Translations under genes and position numbers: made by a program
NCBI GenBank assembly: GCA_039096225.1
Contig: JBBPEB010000011.1
Span: 310,001 to 374,000, forward strand
DNA length: 64,000 nt
Reading direction: 5' to 3'
DNA from: Blastocystis sp. Blastoise
Lineage: Eukaryota; Protista; Bigyra: Opalinata
Notes under the pieces: model-generated
Database searches by the model: none
Told to the model about the DNA's origin: nothing
What the model saw: the letters and a program-made list of their open reading frames with translations, nothing else
In this document: in pieces, positions 41,389-62,912 of the stretch
Layout: the number at the start of each line of letters is the position of its first letter
Numbering within the stretch: position 1 is the stretch's first letter

Positions 41389-42949
41389 TCTCTTAATAAT
41401 CTCAAAAATAAATGAATAAAAATATAACAAGAAAACAAACAAAGGAATCAAAACGTTTTATGATCTAAGCAACCATCAATTTTTTGTGATTATCTACCGA
41501 ATCTATTGCAAAAATCCACTTATTTCCACGGGTATTGAATCACCAAGAAAGAGTCAGTTTTCGGCTTTTGCTTTTTATATATGGAAATTATTAAGATTCT
41601 ACTCTATTTTCTTTTATTCTCATGGTTTTTCCAAATCCATAAATGAAAGGAAAAGGAAATATTCAGTTAGAGTCAATAATTGCTGAGAAACCAGTCAACA
41701 ATTTTAAGATTCTCTTTTTTTATCTTTTAATTGATAAAATATAGATTTAATCAACTTTTGAGTATTTGTGTGTAATGATTAATCAGTGTTCTTTATGAAA
41801 ACAAAACATTAATGTGAAATAATTTATGTAATGATTATACTTTTTTTTAATGGCATATACATGAAATAAACTCTAGAATGAGTCCTATATCATCATGAGT
41901 CTATTAATAAAATATGATTAGTCAATGATATGCTGCTCAATCTTTAGAAAATACAATTATAGATCCTTGAATAGGCGTGATTATTTTAGAATTACAAAAA
42001 TAAAGTTGTCATAACAATAATTATCATCATCATAGTTTTTATTTCACGATTTGTAAAAAACAAATTGAATATAATTTTTTTTTAATTCATTTAAAAATAG
42101 AAAAAAAAAATGAAACAATAACAATGTGAATCTATTAATTATAATGTACGGAAATAGAAAGGAACAAATGCTTGTAAATTAGATATAAAGAACAGTTAAG
42201 AATAGATTTCAATGAAAGAAGCTAAACTATACAATATAGAAAATGAAAAATATATAAATAAAAACAAAATAAAGAAATTAATGATAATCCTAACTGACAA
42301 TGAAGAGAGATTATCATGAGAAATAGATACAATAGATGATATATAGAATAAGTTTTAGAATTTGATTATTTAAAACTATGTAGTACAACTAATGAGCATA
42401 TATTTATACTTTTAAACAAACATATAAATTATGTTCAAATATAAGAGAAATAGAATTATATTAATATAAAAACAAAATAATAAAAAATATATATATATAT
42501 ATTAAAAAGTGAAACAAAGTATATAAAACATTTTGAAAAATAGAGAATGATATAATGAAATCTTTCAAAAAAAAAAAATAAATTAAAAAAATAAAAACAA
42601 TTATAAAGATACAAACTTATATAAGCATAAATGAAATAAGAAACTATATGAAATAGAAAAATATAGGATAATAAATTAATAAATATTAGGAATTAAAAAT
42701 AAAATAACTACAACTAGCATAATATATATATATATGTATATATATATAGAATAGAATTAGAAAGACTGTCTATATATAGAGTATAGAAAAAAAAACTATT
42801 AAATATATGAATATACATACAAGAGAAACTATAAGATCTATAAGGAAATAAATAATTTCAGAAGGAAACTACTATTTAAATAAATAATTCTATATATATA
42901 TATATAGAATTACATTATATATCTATAAATATATATATTATAAATTGAT

Positions 42950-43225
42950 TTATAGTGTATGAGTAGAATCTGTATATATAGAACTAGGTATAGTTAAATC
43001 AGGAAGAGGAATATCTGCGGTTAATTCTTGATCTGAAATATCATCTAAAGAAACAGATATTGATGAAATAGGAATAGAATCTAAAGGTGCGCTAGATATA
43101 ACAGGAATACTCTCTTCATGTTCCATAGATATAGTATTATTATTATTAGTATTATTATCATCGTTCATAGGAGGTAAAGATAATGAATCTTCAGTAGGAG
43201 TCATATTAGTATTATTAGTATTATT

Positions 43226-43293
<68 letters not shown>

Positions 43294-43848
43294 CACCATT
43301 ATTATCTATATTATTATTATCAATATTATTATTATCAATATTATTATTATCAATATTATTATTACCATTATTATCACCATTATTATCAATAATAATAATA
43401 TTATTATTATTACCATTATTATCAATATTATTATTATCTACATTATCACTAATATTAAGAGGTTGTATATCTTGAGTAGTAGTAGGAATAGGTATAGAAA
43501 TAGAAGGAGATGAAGGAGGAGGAGGAATAGGAATAGAGAATTCTTGATTATCTTCTTCTTTTTCTTGATGTAATGTCTTTATAGGTGTAGGCATATCTAT
43601 AGGTAAAGGACTATTTTCTATAGTATTCATAGCACTACTTATATCTAAAGAAGCTATAGTTGAATTTAAATCAATTTCATTATTAGTATCTGTAGATGTT
43701 AACGTAGGACGAGATATTTGTTGTATTTGTAAAGAAGGTGATTGTAAACTATCACTTTCTTCTATAGGACTAAGAGGACTTGCATAAGCACCATTTAAAG
43801 GACTTAAAGTAGGCATAATAATCTTTTCATTATGTATATGATTGTCAG

Positions 43849-43884
<36 letters not shown>

Positions 43885-46800
43885 CAATAGCACCAGTAGA
43901 CATAGAAATAGAATGATTATTTGAAGATATAGATATATTTGAAGGACTACCTGGTGGCTCTTGGAAATTCTGAGAAGATATTGGACCTTCATGATTTTGA
44001 ATAATATCACGAACTCCCGCGGAAATTGGAGATTTTGACATACCTGAATTATTTGGAGGAGAATTTTCTATATATATATCTTTATTATTTCCACCATTTA
44101 TAGAATTCACATTAGTAGAAGTAGAAGAATTCAACGAAGCTTTTCGTTCATGTGCTATCTTTGTATGTATATTACCTAAATCTAAAGTAAAATCATTATT
44201 ATCATCATATTTAGCTTTTTCACCAGCCTTTCGCTTTTGATGTTTTGTTAATACAATTGTTAATATAATTAATATAATAATGACAACGACAATCACAACA
44301 ACAGCTATAATAATAATTAATGTTAAATCCATCTTTTCATAATTAATATAAGTAATATTATTTGTATCCATACTAAATGTAGAACTAGATAATGTAGAAT
44401 CTTGTTGTACTATACTATTCTTTAATTCACCATTAACTATACCATTTCTTAATAAATCTAAAGCTGTTGTACTTTGTTCAGTTAATAAATGTAATGACAT
44501 TTTCATAGTAATACGTGAATCTTCTTCTAAACGACGAAGGAAAGTAGTATATAAAGTAGTAATAACATTAGTAGAAGGAGTATTAATTGATAATATACTT
44601 ATATCTGTATTCTTAATAGTAATTAAATTAGAACTAAGATATTTATAAATACCAATACGAATTGCTTCAATTTGTTGTAATTGAATATCATTATTATTAT
44701 TATTAGAAGAAGAAGAAGAAGAAGAAGACATTTGAACATAGAATGGGAATTGTAGTATAACAGTAGTTTCAGAAGGAGTAACAACATGATTGACTGTACA
44801 TCCTGTTGTATCTATTATTCCCCATACTGGATCACTATCTCTATTACTTTGACCACATTGTCTATATTGAATACCACTTGTATTATCATTCTCTTTACAA
44901 TATAAATAAGAAACTTCTCCACGTTCTATAGGAGTCCAAACACCTTCTAAAGAACATTCTAATTTCATTATAGAAAAAGACATAGTTACAGTAGTAATAG
45001 CATCACTATTACTAATAGTAATTGTATAATTTGTAGATTCTATTAATTCAGATGCAGTACCTTGTATACTACCTGTATTTATATCAAATATAAGTTGTTT
45101 AGGAAGAGATGGAGTTATACTATATCCTTCAACTATACCTTCACTAGTAGGTGCAGGTATATCTACAATATCATATCTATATATATTCCATTCTGTAGAA
45201 GTATATATTACATTCCAAGGAGCTTTCTTAGTACATGTATCTACAGGATCTGTCCAAATAGCATTATGATTCTCTCCATAAATACAACGACGTACAATAG
45301 ATCCTTCATAATTAGTTATATCAACACAAGGCATTTCTACATTCGTATTAACAGCTGCTTGTGGATATATATCTATATTATCACATGTAGGAACAATTAA
45401 TTCTATACTTATAATAATAGTACTATAAGTATGACTATTTGATAAAGTAATAGTATAATTACTAGCTACAGAACCATAAAGAGGTGTACCTGAAATACTA
45501 CCATCATTTTCATTAAAGAGAAGAGGCACAGGAAGAGGAGGAGAAATAGTAAAATTAGTTACTATACCTTGATAAGTTACTGTAGATATTAATTCTATAT
45601 CTTTATAACCAACAAGAGTAGAAGGAGTATATATAATATTATAAGGTGCTTTATAAACACAAGTAGAAGTAATTTCACTCCAATAAGGTTGAGAAGTATT
45701 ACTATTCCATAAACAACTACGTATACGACTACCTTCATAATTAATAATATCTTCACAATCAAATTCTACACTTTGAGAAAGAGGAGTATTTGGCCATATA
45801 TCTATACTATTACATATCATTTGTACTAAAGTTATAGTAAATGGAATAGATACAGAACCTCTTGTATTTATAGCAGTTAAGTTATATTGTATATTTACAA
45901 TAGGTTCTCCAATAGGAATACCTGTAATAACACCTGTAGTTTCATTAAGTGTAAGGCCTAATGGTAAAGAAGGAGTAATAGTAAACATATCAACTATACC
46001 TTTATATATAGGTGTAGTACCTTCATAAGGTAAAGTTAATATAGTAGTAATAGAATTATAACTAATATCATAAGGTAATCTTAATATACATTCATCTATA
46101 ATATCTTCCCACATAGGAGGATCATAAGAAGAACAGGATCGTTCTAAATAACCTTCATATGCTTCTTGATTTAAACAAGGTAATGTTAATGTAGTATTCA
46201 TAGGAGTTTTAGACCATCCATCTTCTTCATGACAATAATATTCCATTAATAATAAAGAGATATAATAATCTGTTTCAGAATCTTCATTACTAAAAGTTAT
46301 AGTATAATTAGTTAAATCATGAACAATAGAACTACTACCACTTATCATACCCGTTAAACTATCTAATAATAAACCTTCAGGAAGAGAAGGAGATATACTT
46401 ATATTAGTAACACGACCTTTATAAGTAGGTATAATTTCAATATCGGAATCAACATAAATAATAATTTCATCAGGATTATAATATATATCATAAGGTGGTA
46501 AATAAAAACAATTATCTACAACTTCACCCCAATAAGCTATATGTTCTACTTCATTATATAAACAAGTAGTTGTCATTTCTCCATGTTTTAAATCTATAGG
46601 TTGACATGGTACACTAATAGTACCAAATACTTCAGTAATAGGATATAAATCAGTCTTTTCACAATATACTAATTTACTTTCTATAGTAATAGAAATAGTA
46701 GCACTACCCATATCATTAGAAGCAGTAATATTATATAAAGTAGGTTCAAAGAATGTTTGACTTTGACCAGAAATACTACCTGAATTTATATTAAATATTA

Positions 46801-49800
46801 ATCCTAAAGGTAAAGAAGGAGTAATAGACCATATATCAACTACACCTTTATAAGTAGGAGTAACAGGAGTTATTGAATAATTATATAAAGCAAGTATATA
46901 TTCAGGATATTCAATAGAATAAGGAAGACGTAAAACACAATCATAAGAAATACTACCCCATATAGGTTTCTTTGTATTATAATTATATATACATGTTCTA
47001 GAAGCTTGACCTTCTTCTATTTCATTATCTAAACAAGTATTAACAGTATAACTAATAGAAACTTCTGTTTCAACCCAAATACCTTGAGAAGAACATTTTA
47101 ATGTTGTAATTAATAAATGGAATTGTATAGAACTAGAAGCACGTGGATTTGATAAAGTAATAGTATATATAGTATCATCATTAAAAAGAGGAGTACCACT
47201 AATAATACCTGTAATATTATCAAAAGAAAGACCTTCAGGAAGAGAAGGATATATAGTCATTTGATTAATATATCCTTTATAAGTAATACCTGTATCCATA
47301 CTAAATACTACATTCTTATAAGCAATTAATTCAGAAGGATATACTATTTCATAAGGAGCTTTATATACACAAGTAGATGTAATAGTACCAAATAAAAATT
47401 GTTTATCTGTATAATCATAAATACATGTTCTATATTGTTGACCTTCATATATAATAGTATCATCACAATTAATAGAACTTGTTTGTTTATATATAGTATC
47501 AGGCCAACGACTATCTGTACAAATACCTTCAGTAACACGAATAGTAATATCAAGTTCAGTAGAATTATTAGGATTTGAAAGTGTTAATACATAATTAGTA
47601 ATATTCATAGTAATTAAAGGAGTACCTGTAATAGCACCTGTAGTACTATTAAAAGTAACACCAGACATAGTACTTTCAATAGAAGGTGTAAAATTATAAG
47701 TATCAATACGACCACTATAAATAGAAATAGGAGAGAAAGAATATTCTATATCTCTATAAAGAATAATATCTTTTGTATAAACAATACCATAAGGAGCTTT
47801 ATAAGAACAATAATTGGATATACTACCCCAATTAGCAGTATAAGAATTAGCATCTAAAATACATTCACGTTCATAATGACCTACAAAATAATTAAAATCA
47901 CAAGGAACAGTTTGTATAGAAGAATGTTCAATTGAATTCCATTCATTATCTTGTAAACAACTTATATATAAACATTCAACAAGTATAGTAGAAGAAGCAG
48001 AATTATCTTTATTATGAAGTATATATTCATGTAAAGTAGCATTATAAGGAGTATTACAAATACCAGATATAATACCTGTAATAGAATTTAATTCAAGACC
48101 ATTAGGAAGAGAAGGAGTAATAGAATAACTAGTAACAATACCTTCATAAGTAGGTGCTATACCTTCATAAATATATCCACTAATTGCTTTTATATCTTGT
48201 ACTACAATATTATAAGGAGATCTATATATACAATAAGATATAGGTTCTTCCCATTCAGGTAATTTTGTATCATAATTATAGACACATAAACGTGTAACAG
48301 TACCTGTATAGATTTCAGGATATAAACAAGGCATAGAAGCAGTAATACTATGTTCTGTAGAATTAAAATCAGGAATAGTACTATTACCTAAAATAGGTGA
48401 ACAATACATAATATCCATAATAAAAGTAATACTTAAAGTACTATAAGCATCTGTATTATATGCTTTTATTCTATAAGAAATAGATGTATCTAATTCTCTA
48501 CAATTACCACTAATAGATCCTGTTCTACTATTAAGAACAAGACAAGAAGGGAATAAGGGTTCAACTTCAAATCCATCTACTATATATTCTTTCATAGGTA
48601 CAACAACAAAATTTATACCTCTATAAAAAGAGATAATATTATCATCATTATAAGAAAATTGAGGTGCTTTCATTGTACACGTATTTTCAATTTCAGAAGA
48701 CCATTCAGGGATCTTTGTAATAGGATTACGAATACATTGTCTCTTACGATATCCATTATAATTTAAGAAATCAGAACAGGAGATAGTACAATAATCATTA
48801 ACATTTGTCACATACCATTCATTCTCTACATCACAAAATGTTCCAGGATTCACAATATTATAATGAATATCTATAATCGTCATAGCATCCATATTCTTAG
48901 CTATTAATTTAATTAATTTATTTGTACCTATTTGGTCTATACTAACTTGACCTGTAATTTGACCATTAGTATTATTTAAATATAAACCAGTAGGTAAAGA
49001 CATTTCATTATAATAAGTCCATTCTTCAATAATTCCATTATAACTAGGTATATCTCCAACAAAAGGAATATCTGTATATATAATAAAATCAGGATAATCA
49101 ATATTATAAGGAGCACGCATTGTACATTCTTGACTACTTAATACTACTATTAATGTAGAAAGAGTAGATGAATCATAAGTACATTGTACATATTGATATC
49201 CTTCATATAAATCAGATTCAGGACATGTATAATTATAAGTTTGTAAATATTCTAATTGAGGAAATACAGATTCACTAGGGCAATATATAGTAGTCACAGG
49301 TATAGTTATAGTTATATTAAAAGATGTATCAGGATTACTAGCAATAATAACTAAAGTTATATTATTAATAGTATCAGTAATAGTACCAGTAATAGCACCT
49401 GTAGTTGTATTGAAATCAATAATATCATACATATCTTCTATATCAAATTGTTGAATATATCCAGAAGTAGATAAAGGAATAAAATAAAAAGGAATATTTT
49501 TTATAATATTCATTTCAGGATATATAAAAGAAGGTGTATAATAAGTGCATGAAGATTCAATAGTAGACCATTCTGTAAGTTGACTTGTAATATTATATAT
49601 ACATGTACGATATTGAGAACCTATTTGAGTATCCAGAGGACAATTCATTTGAATAGTATGCCCTTGTTCAGTTTCAGGCCAATCCTGGTCTCTTATACAT
49701 GTAATCATTTCTATTGTAATTATAATCTCTATAGAAGTAGAAGTACGATTATTATTAGCTTGAATAATTATAGGATAAGTAGTAACAGTAGCATTAGCAT

Positions 49801-51164
49801 CAACAAAACCGGAAATTATACCTGTTGTCAAATCTATAGATAATCCTTGTGGGAATTCTCCTAATGCAGTCCAAGAATCAACACGACCCTCAAGAAGAAT
49901 AGGAGATATACCATTATATTCTAATCCTCTATATATATGAATAGATTCATAAGTAAATTGAGGAGCTTTTAATTGACATCCGTTCGTAACAGTAGAATAA
50001 ACATTATATTGATTCACATTTTCTGATTTAAAATAGCAATTAACACGAATAGCACCTTCATATTCATTAGAAGGAGTACAAGGAATATCAATGAAATTAT
50101 TAACAAGAACAGTAATACCTTGATAATCACAAGCTAATTCAACAAAATTAAGATTTAAAGTAATAGTACTATATTGATTACGTTTATTATATGCATAAAT
50201 AGTAGTAGAATAATTACCAGCAATAGTAACTAAACCAATTAATTGACCTGTTTGCTGACTAAAGGAGAAGCCAGGAATACTATTCTCAATAGACCAATGA
50301 TCTACATTTCCTTGTACAGAAGATACGGTAAAAACATAAGCTAATGATATATATAATTGTTCAGGAATAATATATGTGATATTAGAAGGAATTTCATCAT
50401 TACATAACGTATCATCAATAGGTCCCCATAATCCATTATATGTATTTGGTGTAACTAAACAATGTCTAGTCATAGAAGAACCAAGAGTATCGTCAGTAAA
50501 ACAAGGAATAGATATAGATGTATTATAGAATGTTATAGGCCAAAGAGAATCTTCAAGACAACGAGGAGTATATTGATAACAACTTGAAGAAGATAAAGCT
50601 AATGTCATAGATTCATAAAGTAAATTATTAGATTCATGAAGAGATGAATAAAGAACAGTAACTGTTTCTAAACAATGAACTGTCTCTTCATCTAATTGAA
50701 AAACAATTGAAGTATCATTTAATGTAATTTGGAAAGGAAATACAAATGAATTATTCTATAAACAAATTATTAAAATAAAATATATATATATATATATATA
50801 GAATATAGCAATAAAATATAAATCAATAAAATTATTATGTAATATAGATATTTAAAATATATATATATATATACAGTTTGAATAATATCATCAGAAACGA
50901 TTGCAACGTAATCATCAGGAATATAACAAGATTCATATATAGCATCAATCAAGTCACCCGCTAAGTCATTGTACTCGATACTAGGAACAGTTTCAAACTC
51001 TTCCTTATAATTGACATAAATGTAAGTATGTCCTTGAGGAGGATACTCAATGTCTTGACATAATTCAATTGATTGACTTAAGCCTATAATTAATAGAAAT
51101 CAAAAACAATAAGAGACATACCAAATAAGAAAAAAAGAATAGACAAATAGAAAAAATATTTCAT
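42950..51164 (-). CDS. Giant type I surface protein (~2,690 aa) with alternating HormR-like cysteine modules and putative-Ig (He_PIG-like) domains, 3 exons
   Basis: Signal peptide MKYFFYLSILFFLFG. 14 C..WP.T...C...G...R.C...W...C modules alternate with 13 (P.LP.GL....TG.ISG) modules, followed by FLRRL, a TM helix (IIIAVVVIVVVIIILIILTIVL) and a Pro/Ser/Asn-rich tail. Last exon 42950-50755. Confidence 0.9.
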
Positions 51165-51973
51165 AATTAAGTGTCTATAAGGAAAATAAAATATATGTAA
51201 TAAAAGAACAAACACTCACAAATGCCGCAACAATACGAATGGTCATCCAGTATGTCTTTCCTGAAATGATTCAAATCATATTTTCTCTTACTTCTTCGTA
51301 AATACCGTGATTCTCATTATTATGACATTTCTGTGGAATGTATTCAGCAGTTGTCAGTTGACACACAAAAGTATATTTTCATACATTTCTTATTCACGGT
51401 TTTCTAAAAATTTTGACTGGAAAGCTTTGATTATTTATAAAGAAATGTATTTTCTTTATTTCTCTGTGTTTCTTTAATCAAAAATATGTTGTTTTACTTT
51501 CCTATTGAGTTTTTTATTAGGTATCTCTATCAAAATAGTTGTTCTTAAACGCTGCAAGTAGAAAACTACGATAACTGACGGAACTTTTTTATTATGCTAT
51601 CGTCAACATGAAAATAAATCTGTAAATTTATGTAAATTTTCCTGAAATAGTTCCCTGAATATGATTTTTTGATGTTTTTGAGTTTCCCTATTTCATTTAC
51701 ATTACTTTTCACAAAATTATGTTTTTTTTGGCCATACACAATTAATTGTTGTTGTGTGATTCAGTTTTTTCAAGTTTAAGTTTCAGTTTGATTAAATAAA
51801 GGCATATAAAGTAAATATAAGAAAATAATAATAATCATTGATTAACAAAATACTTTTTTATGTTACTTTTGTTCAAAATAAATTTGTAAAAATATAAGCT
51901 AGAATTCAGATAAAGCATACACAATTTAAAAACAAGAGAATTGTAAAATATATATATTATAGAAAAATAATAA

Positions 51974-59240
<7,267 letters not shown>

Positions 59241-59963
59241 AGTTTATATCAATTCTTTTAATTAAACTTTAATTATGTAAAGAAATCTATAATCTCTTCA
59301 CTCTCTATCATAACGAATCATCTACTATCACATCCTTCTTTAAAATGAATAAATCTAACTCAAATACAATTGTGATAGAAGAAAAAAGAGGATCCAAAAA
59401 AAAGAAAAAAAAATGAAAAAGTCTCCTAATGCCCGTGATTTCCCATGACTTTTTGAATATCTAAAAATCCAATCTTTACTTATTAATTACACTAAACTCA
59501 GTACTTCCAACGTTTTAACAATTTTTTTATGTTATGAAGAGAAATGTATTTTTCACAATAATGCGAAAGATAAAGCAAAATGGAACAAAAAACCATTTGA
59601 TTTCAAGTTACTGCTATACTATGATAAATACTCTTTTACAACGTATATAATAACTTTCAGTACATAATAATTAAAATACACTAATTATTTATTAAAATAT
59701 TGGAATTACAAAATCACTAAATAAAACACCTTGTTTTCTGAAAAACAAAATCACCATTTCTAGAAAAAAAATATAAACCAAAATGACATGGCAATAATGG
59801 TCAGTTCAATCTTTATGATAATCATGAATTACTATGAGAATAAGTGGTATATAAGTGAAATGATTGGTTGATTCGTAGTCACTGGACATTTTTGAAAAAA
59901 ATGGTTTTTATATCTTTCAAAAACAATCCATTACATATAATTACTCTTCTTGTATAAATAAAT

Positions 59964-60104
59964 ATGGGTGAACCAGAAGATTTTGATTGGGGTGATGAAG
60001 AAGTAGAAGAAGTTGAAGAGGAAGAAGTTGAAGAGGAAGAAGAAGAAGAAGAAGAAGAAGTTGAAGAAGAAGAAGAAGTTGAAGAAGAAGAGGAAGAAGA
60101 AGTT

Positions 60105-60136
<32 letters not shown>

Positions 60137-60701
60137 TAATAAGAAAGGCAAGAAGTCTGGTTATTATGATGATGAAGTTGTTACTGATGAAGAAACTGAT
60201 ATCAAGACTCCTCAAGCTTCTAGAGAAGATGATGAATATGAAGAAGAAGAACATGAAGATGTTTGGAAAGATGGTCCTAAGTCTGTTTCTGAACAAATTA
60301 GTCCTGATAAATGTTACATTCATACCTTTAAGAAGGAAGGTGTTGGTAGATTCTTAAAAAAGACTAAGCTGAAGATTACTTGGGAACTTGTAATCGAAAA
60401 CGTTGAACATACTGTTTCCGTTTATCACAGTCAATTATCTGGAAAGAAAGTTATTGTTTTAGATGGTGATGTAGTTTATGAAGAAGAAGAAATTTTCGAT
60501 TCTGGTATGTATTATACGTTCCCCTTCAAAGTAGAAGGTAGACTTATTACTATTGATGTTTCTGATGGTATGTCTGAAGGTAAGAAGATGGGTTGGGTTT
60601 ATGATATTCTTCTTGATGAAGTTTCCTTAAGTGATATTGATAAGCAAAGATCTATGAAGTCTTCAAAGGTTGCTGATGAAGATGCTGAATTATTTGATTA
60701 A
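59964..60701 (+). CDS. FAIM: FAIM1-domain protein with poly-Glu N-terminus, intronless
   Basis: ITWELVIENVEHTVSVYHSQLSGKKVIVLDG...F...YDILLD matches the FAIM beta-sandwich pattern (W...H.I...H...SGKR.V.VDG). Confidence 0.75.
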
Positions 60702-60908
60702 ATGTATTTTATAGTTTACAGATCGATTGTACAATATGAATTATTTATATCAAATAACCTGTAACAATTACTTTTATTAGTTTTTAAATCAAGCTTTCAT
60801 GTCATTACGTATACAATATGTATTACTAGTCATAGTTTCAGTTTTATAAATGTTTTGTTTATCCATTTTAATATTAACCACATTCAAAAGAAATATGATA
60901 CTTTTAAA

Positions 60909-61526
60909 TTACTTTTTAAATGCAAAATAGACTAAAACACTTAATACAATAGCACAGACAATAATAACAACAAGGAGAATACAACGTATTTTTCTATATA
61001 TATAGTTCACAATATAATATAATTTTATAAGATACCTCTTCTTTCTCATTCTAATAACAGTTAATTCTAAAGTAGCTTCCGCTTGCTTTACATGATCTCC
61101 TGCTTGATTAATCTAAATATACATAGTAATGATTATTATTATATCTTATTACTTTGTTATTTATTTAATATAAAATAAAATAACTATATATATTTATGTA
61201 ATTTCTATAATATACATTCACTTCAACTTGATCTAATTGAGTTCCTTGTTCATCCAAAAGTAATGATAAATCGAAGAATAATTGTTGTATATCTTTCATA
61301 CTATTCTTAATAGATACAATATCTCTATATTTATCTTGAACATTAATAAATGCTTCTCGAATTCGATGATTTGTACTCTTTGCAATTGTCTAGATAATTA
61401 AAGTTACATAATAGAAATTATATATATCTATATTATACTTGTAGAATAAGTGGATTTGACATAGATTCCTATATATAAATAGTATAATAGCATGTAATTT
61501 GATAAATATCACTATATTAAAATATA

Positions 61527-61580
<54 letters not shown>

Positions 61581-62567
61581 TGATAAATATCACTATATTA
61601 AAATATAGTATATATATATAAAATTTGATAAATATCACTATATTAAAATATAGTATAAATATTTATATAAAATTTGATAAATATCACAATATTAAAATAT
61701 AGTATATATATAAATACAGCATCCATATCTTGTTGTGTATATTCTCGAAGAACAGTCATTTCAGATTCAATATCTCGTTCTAAAAGGCGTTGAAAGTTCT
61801 GTTGAATCTCTTGATAATCTCGAACATTATTAATAAATAAATGACTTAAGGAAGCATTGTTATGAAGATATAAATTCATAATAGTTCCTTCTTTTTTCTC
61901 TCGTTTCAGACGATTTACTTCCAGGGTCATTCCTTGTAAGTCAAATCGACAATGAGCAGCTGTATCATTCGTTTTTGTTATAATTTCTCTCACATTTCGA
62001 ATGATATCCTCTTGATGCTTTGGATTCTGAACATCAGCAAGTTCACTTAATAAATGTCGAATATCAATTGTTGCTAATCTATAGATATTTATAAAAATAT
62101 ATCGTTTTTTATATATGTAATGCAATTTTTAGAATAAAAATAATAAGAATAATAGTTTAAAATATCATATACGCAATTGAATCAATCTTTGCCTTCAAGT
62201 TTTTTATTTTATCCATATCCTTCGCAAAGAGATTTTCATCTTGACTATAAAAAACATTTAAATAATAATTTTAAATAAAAAAAAGTCAAATGGATAAAGA
62301 ATAGAAATATAAACTTTATTTTTATACATATTTTCTAACGGTTTTGTTGTATTATCATTACTAAATATATTTTTAATGCTATCAACGACATTTCGTATTG
62401 ATTCATTCTTCTGCACGTTTTTCTCATTATTTAAGGGTTTATTTTTCTTGGACGACGATAATTGATCTGGTGTCACCAATTGAATCTCTTTGCTCTTAGA
62501 CTTTTTAGATTGCCCAATAGCTTAACGATCAATTAACATATAGTGTTTAAATAATACGTGTGTTCAT
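60909..62567 (-). CDS. Qa-SNARE syntaxin (plasma-membrane type), 8 exons
   Basis: Habc-like helices; SNARE motif VQDKYRDIVSIKNSMKDIQQLFFDLSLLLDEQGTQLDQVEVNI with zero-layer Q; basic RKKRK and C-terminal TM helix. Confidence 0.88.
61490..61712. repeat. Intronic ~40-bp tandem repeat with an embedded (AT)n
   Basis: aatttgataaatatcactatattaaaatatagtata repeated about 4 times. Confidence 0.88.
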
Positions 62568-62912
62568 TATAATTTTGGGATTCTATTTCTTATCGATATT
62601 CTCTTTAGTATTAATGTATGTAATGAAAAAATTTTTTTAAAGATATTGTTAAGTTTTTATCCTAAAAGTGAATAAACGAAGATGTTCATTCTTGACTGTT
62701 TCAAGAAATGATAGGGATCTATCATAAATATATATTTTGGATATGTTGTAGATACAAAATCCTTCTTTATTAGTGCTTATTATCAAAAATGAAATTGTGA
62801 TTAACAAACAATTTTTAATAAACAATAATTAAAACATAAATGAAAGCATATTACATTTAATAGCAATTTAAAGATAGAGAATAATTAATTATAAAATATT
62901 AAATAAAAAAAT

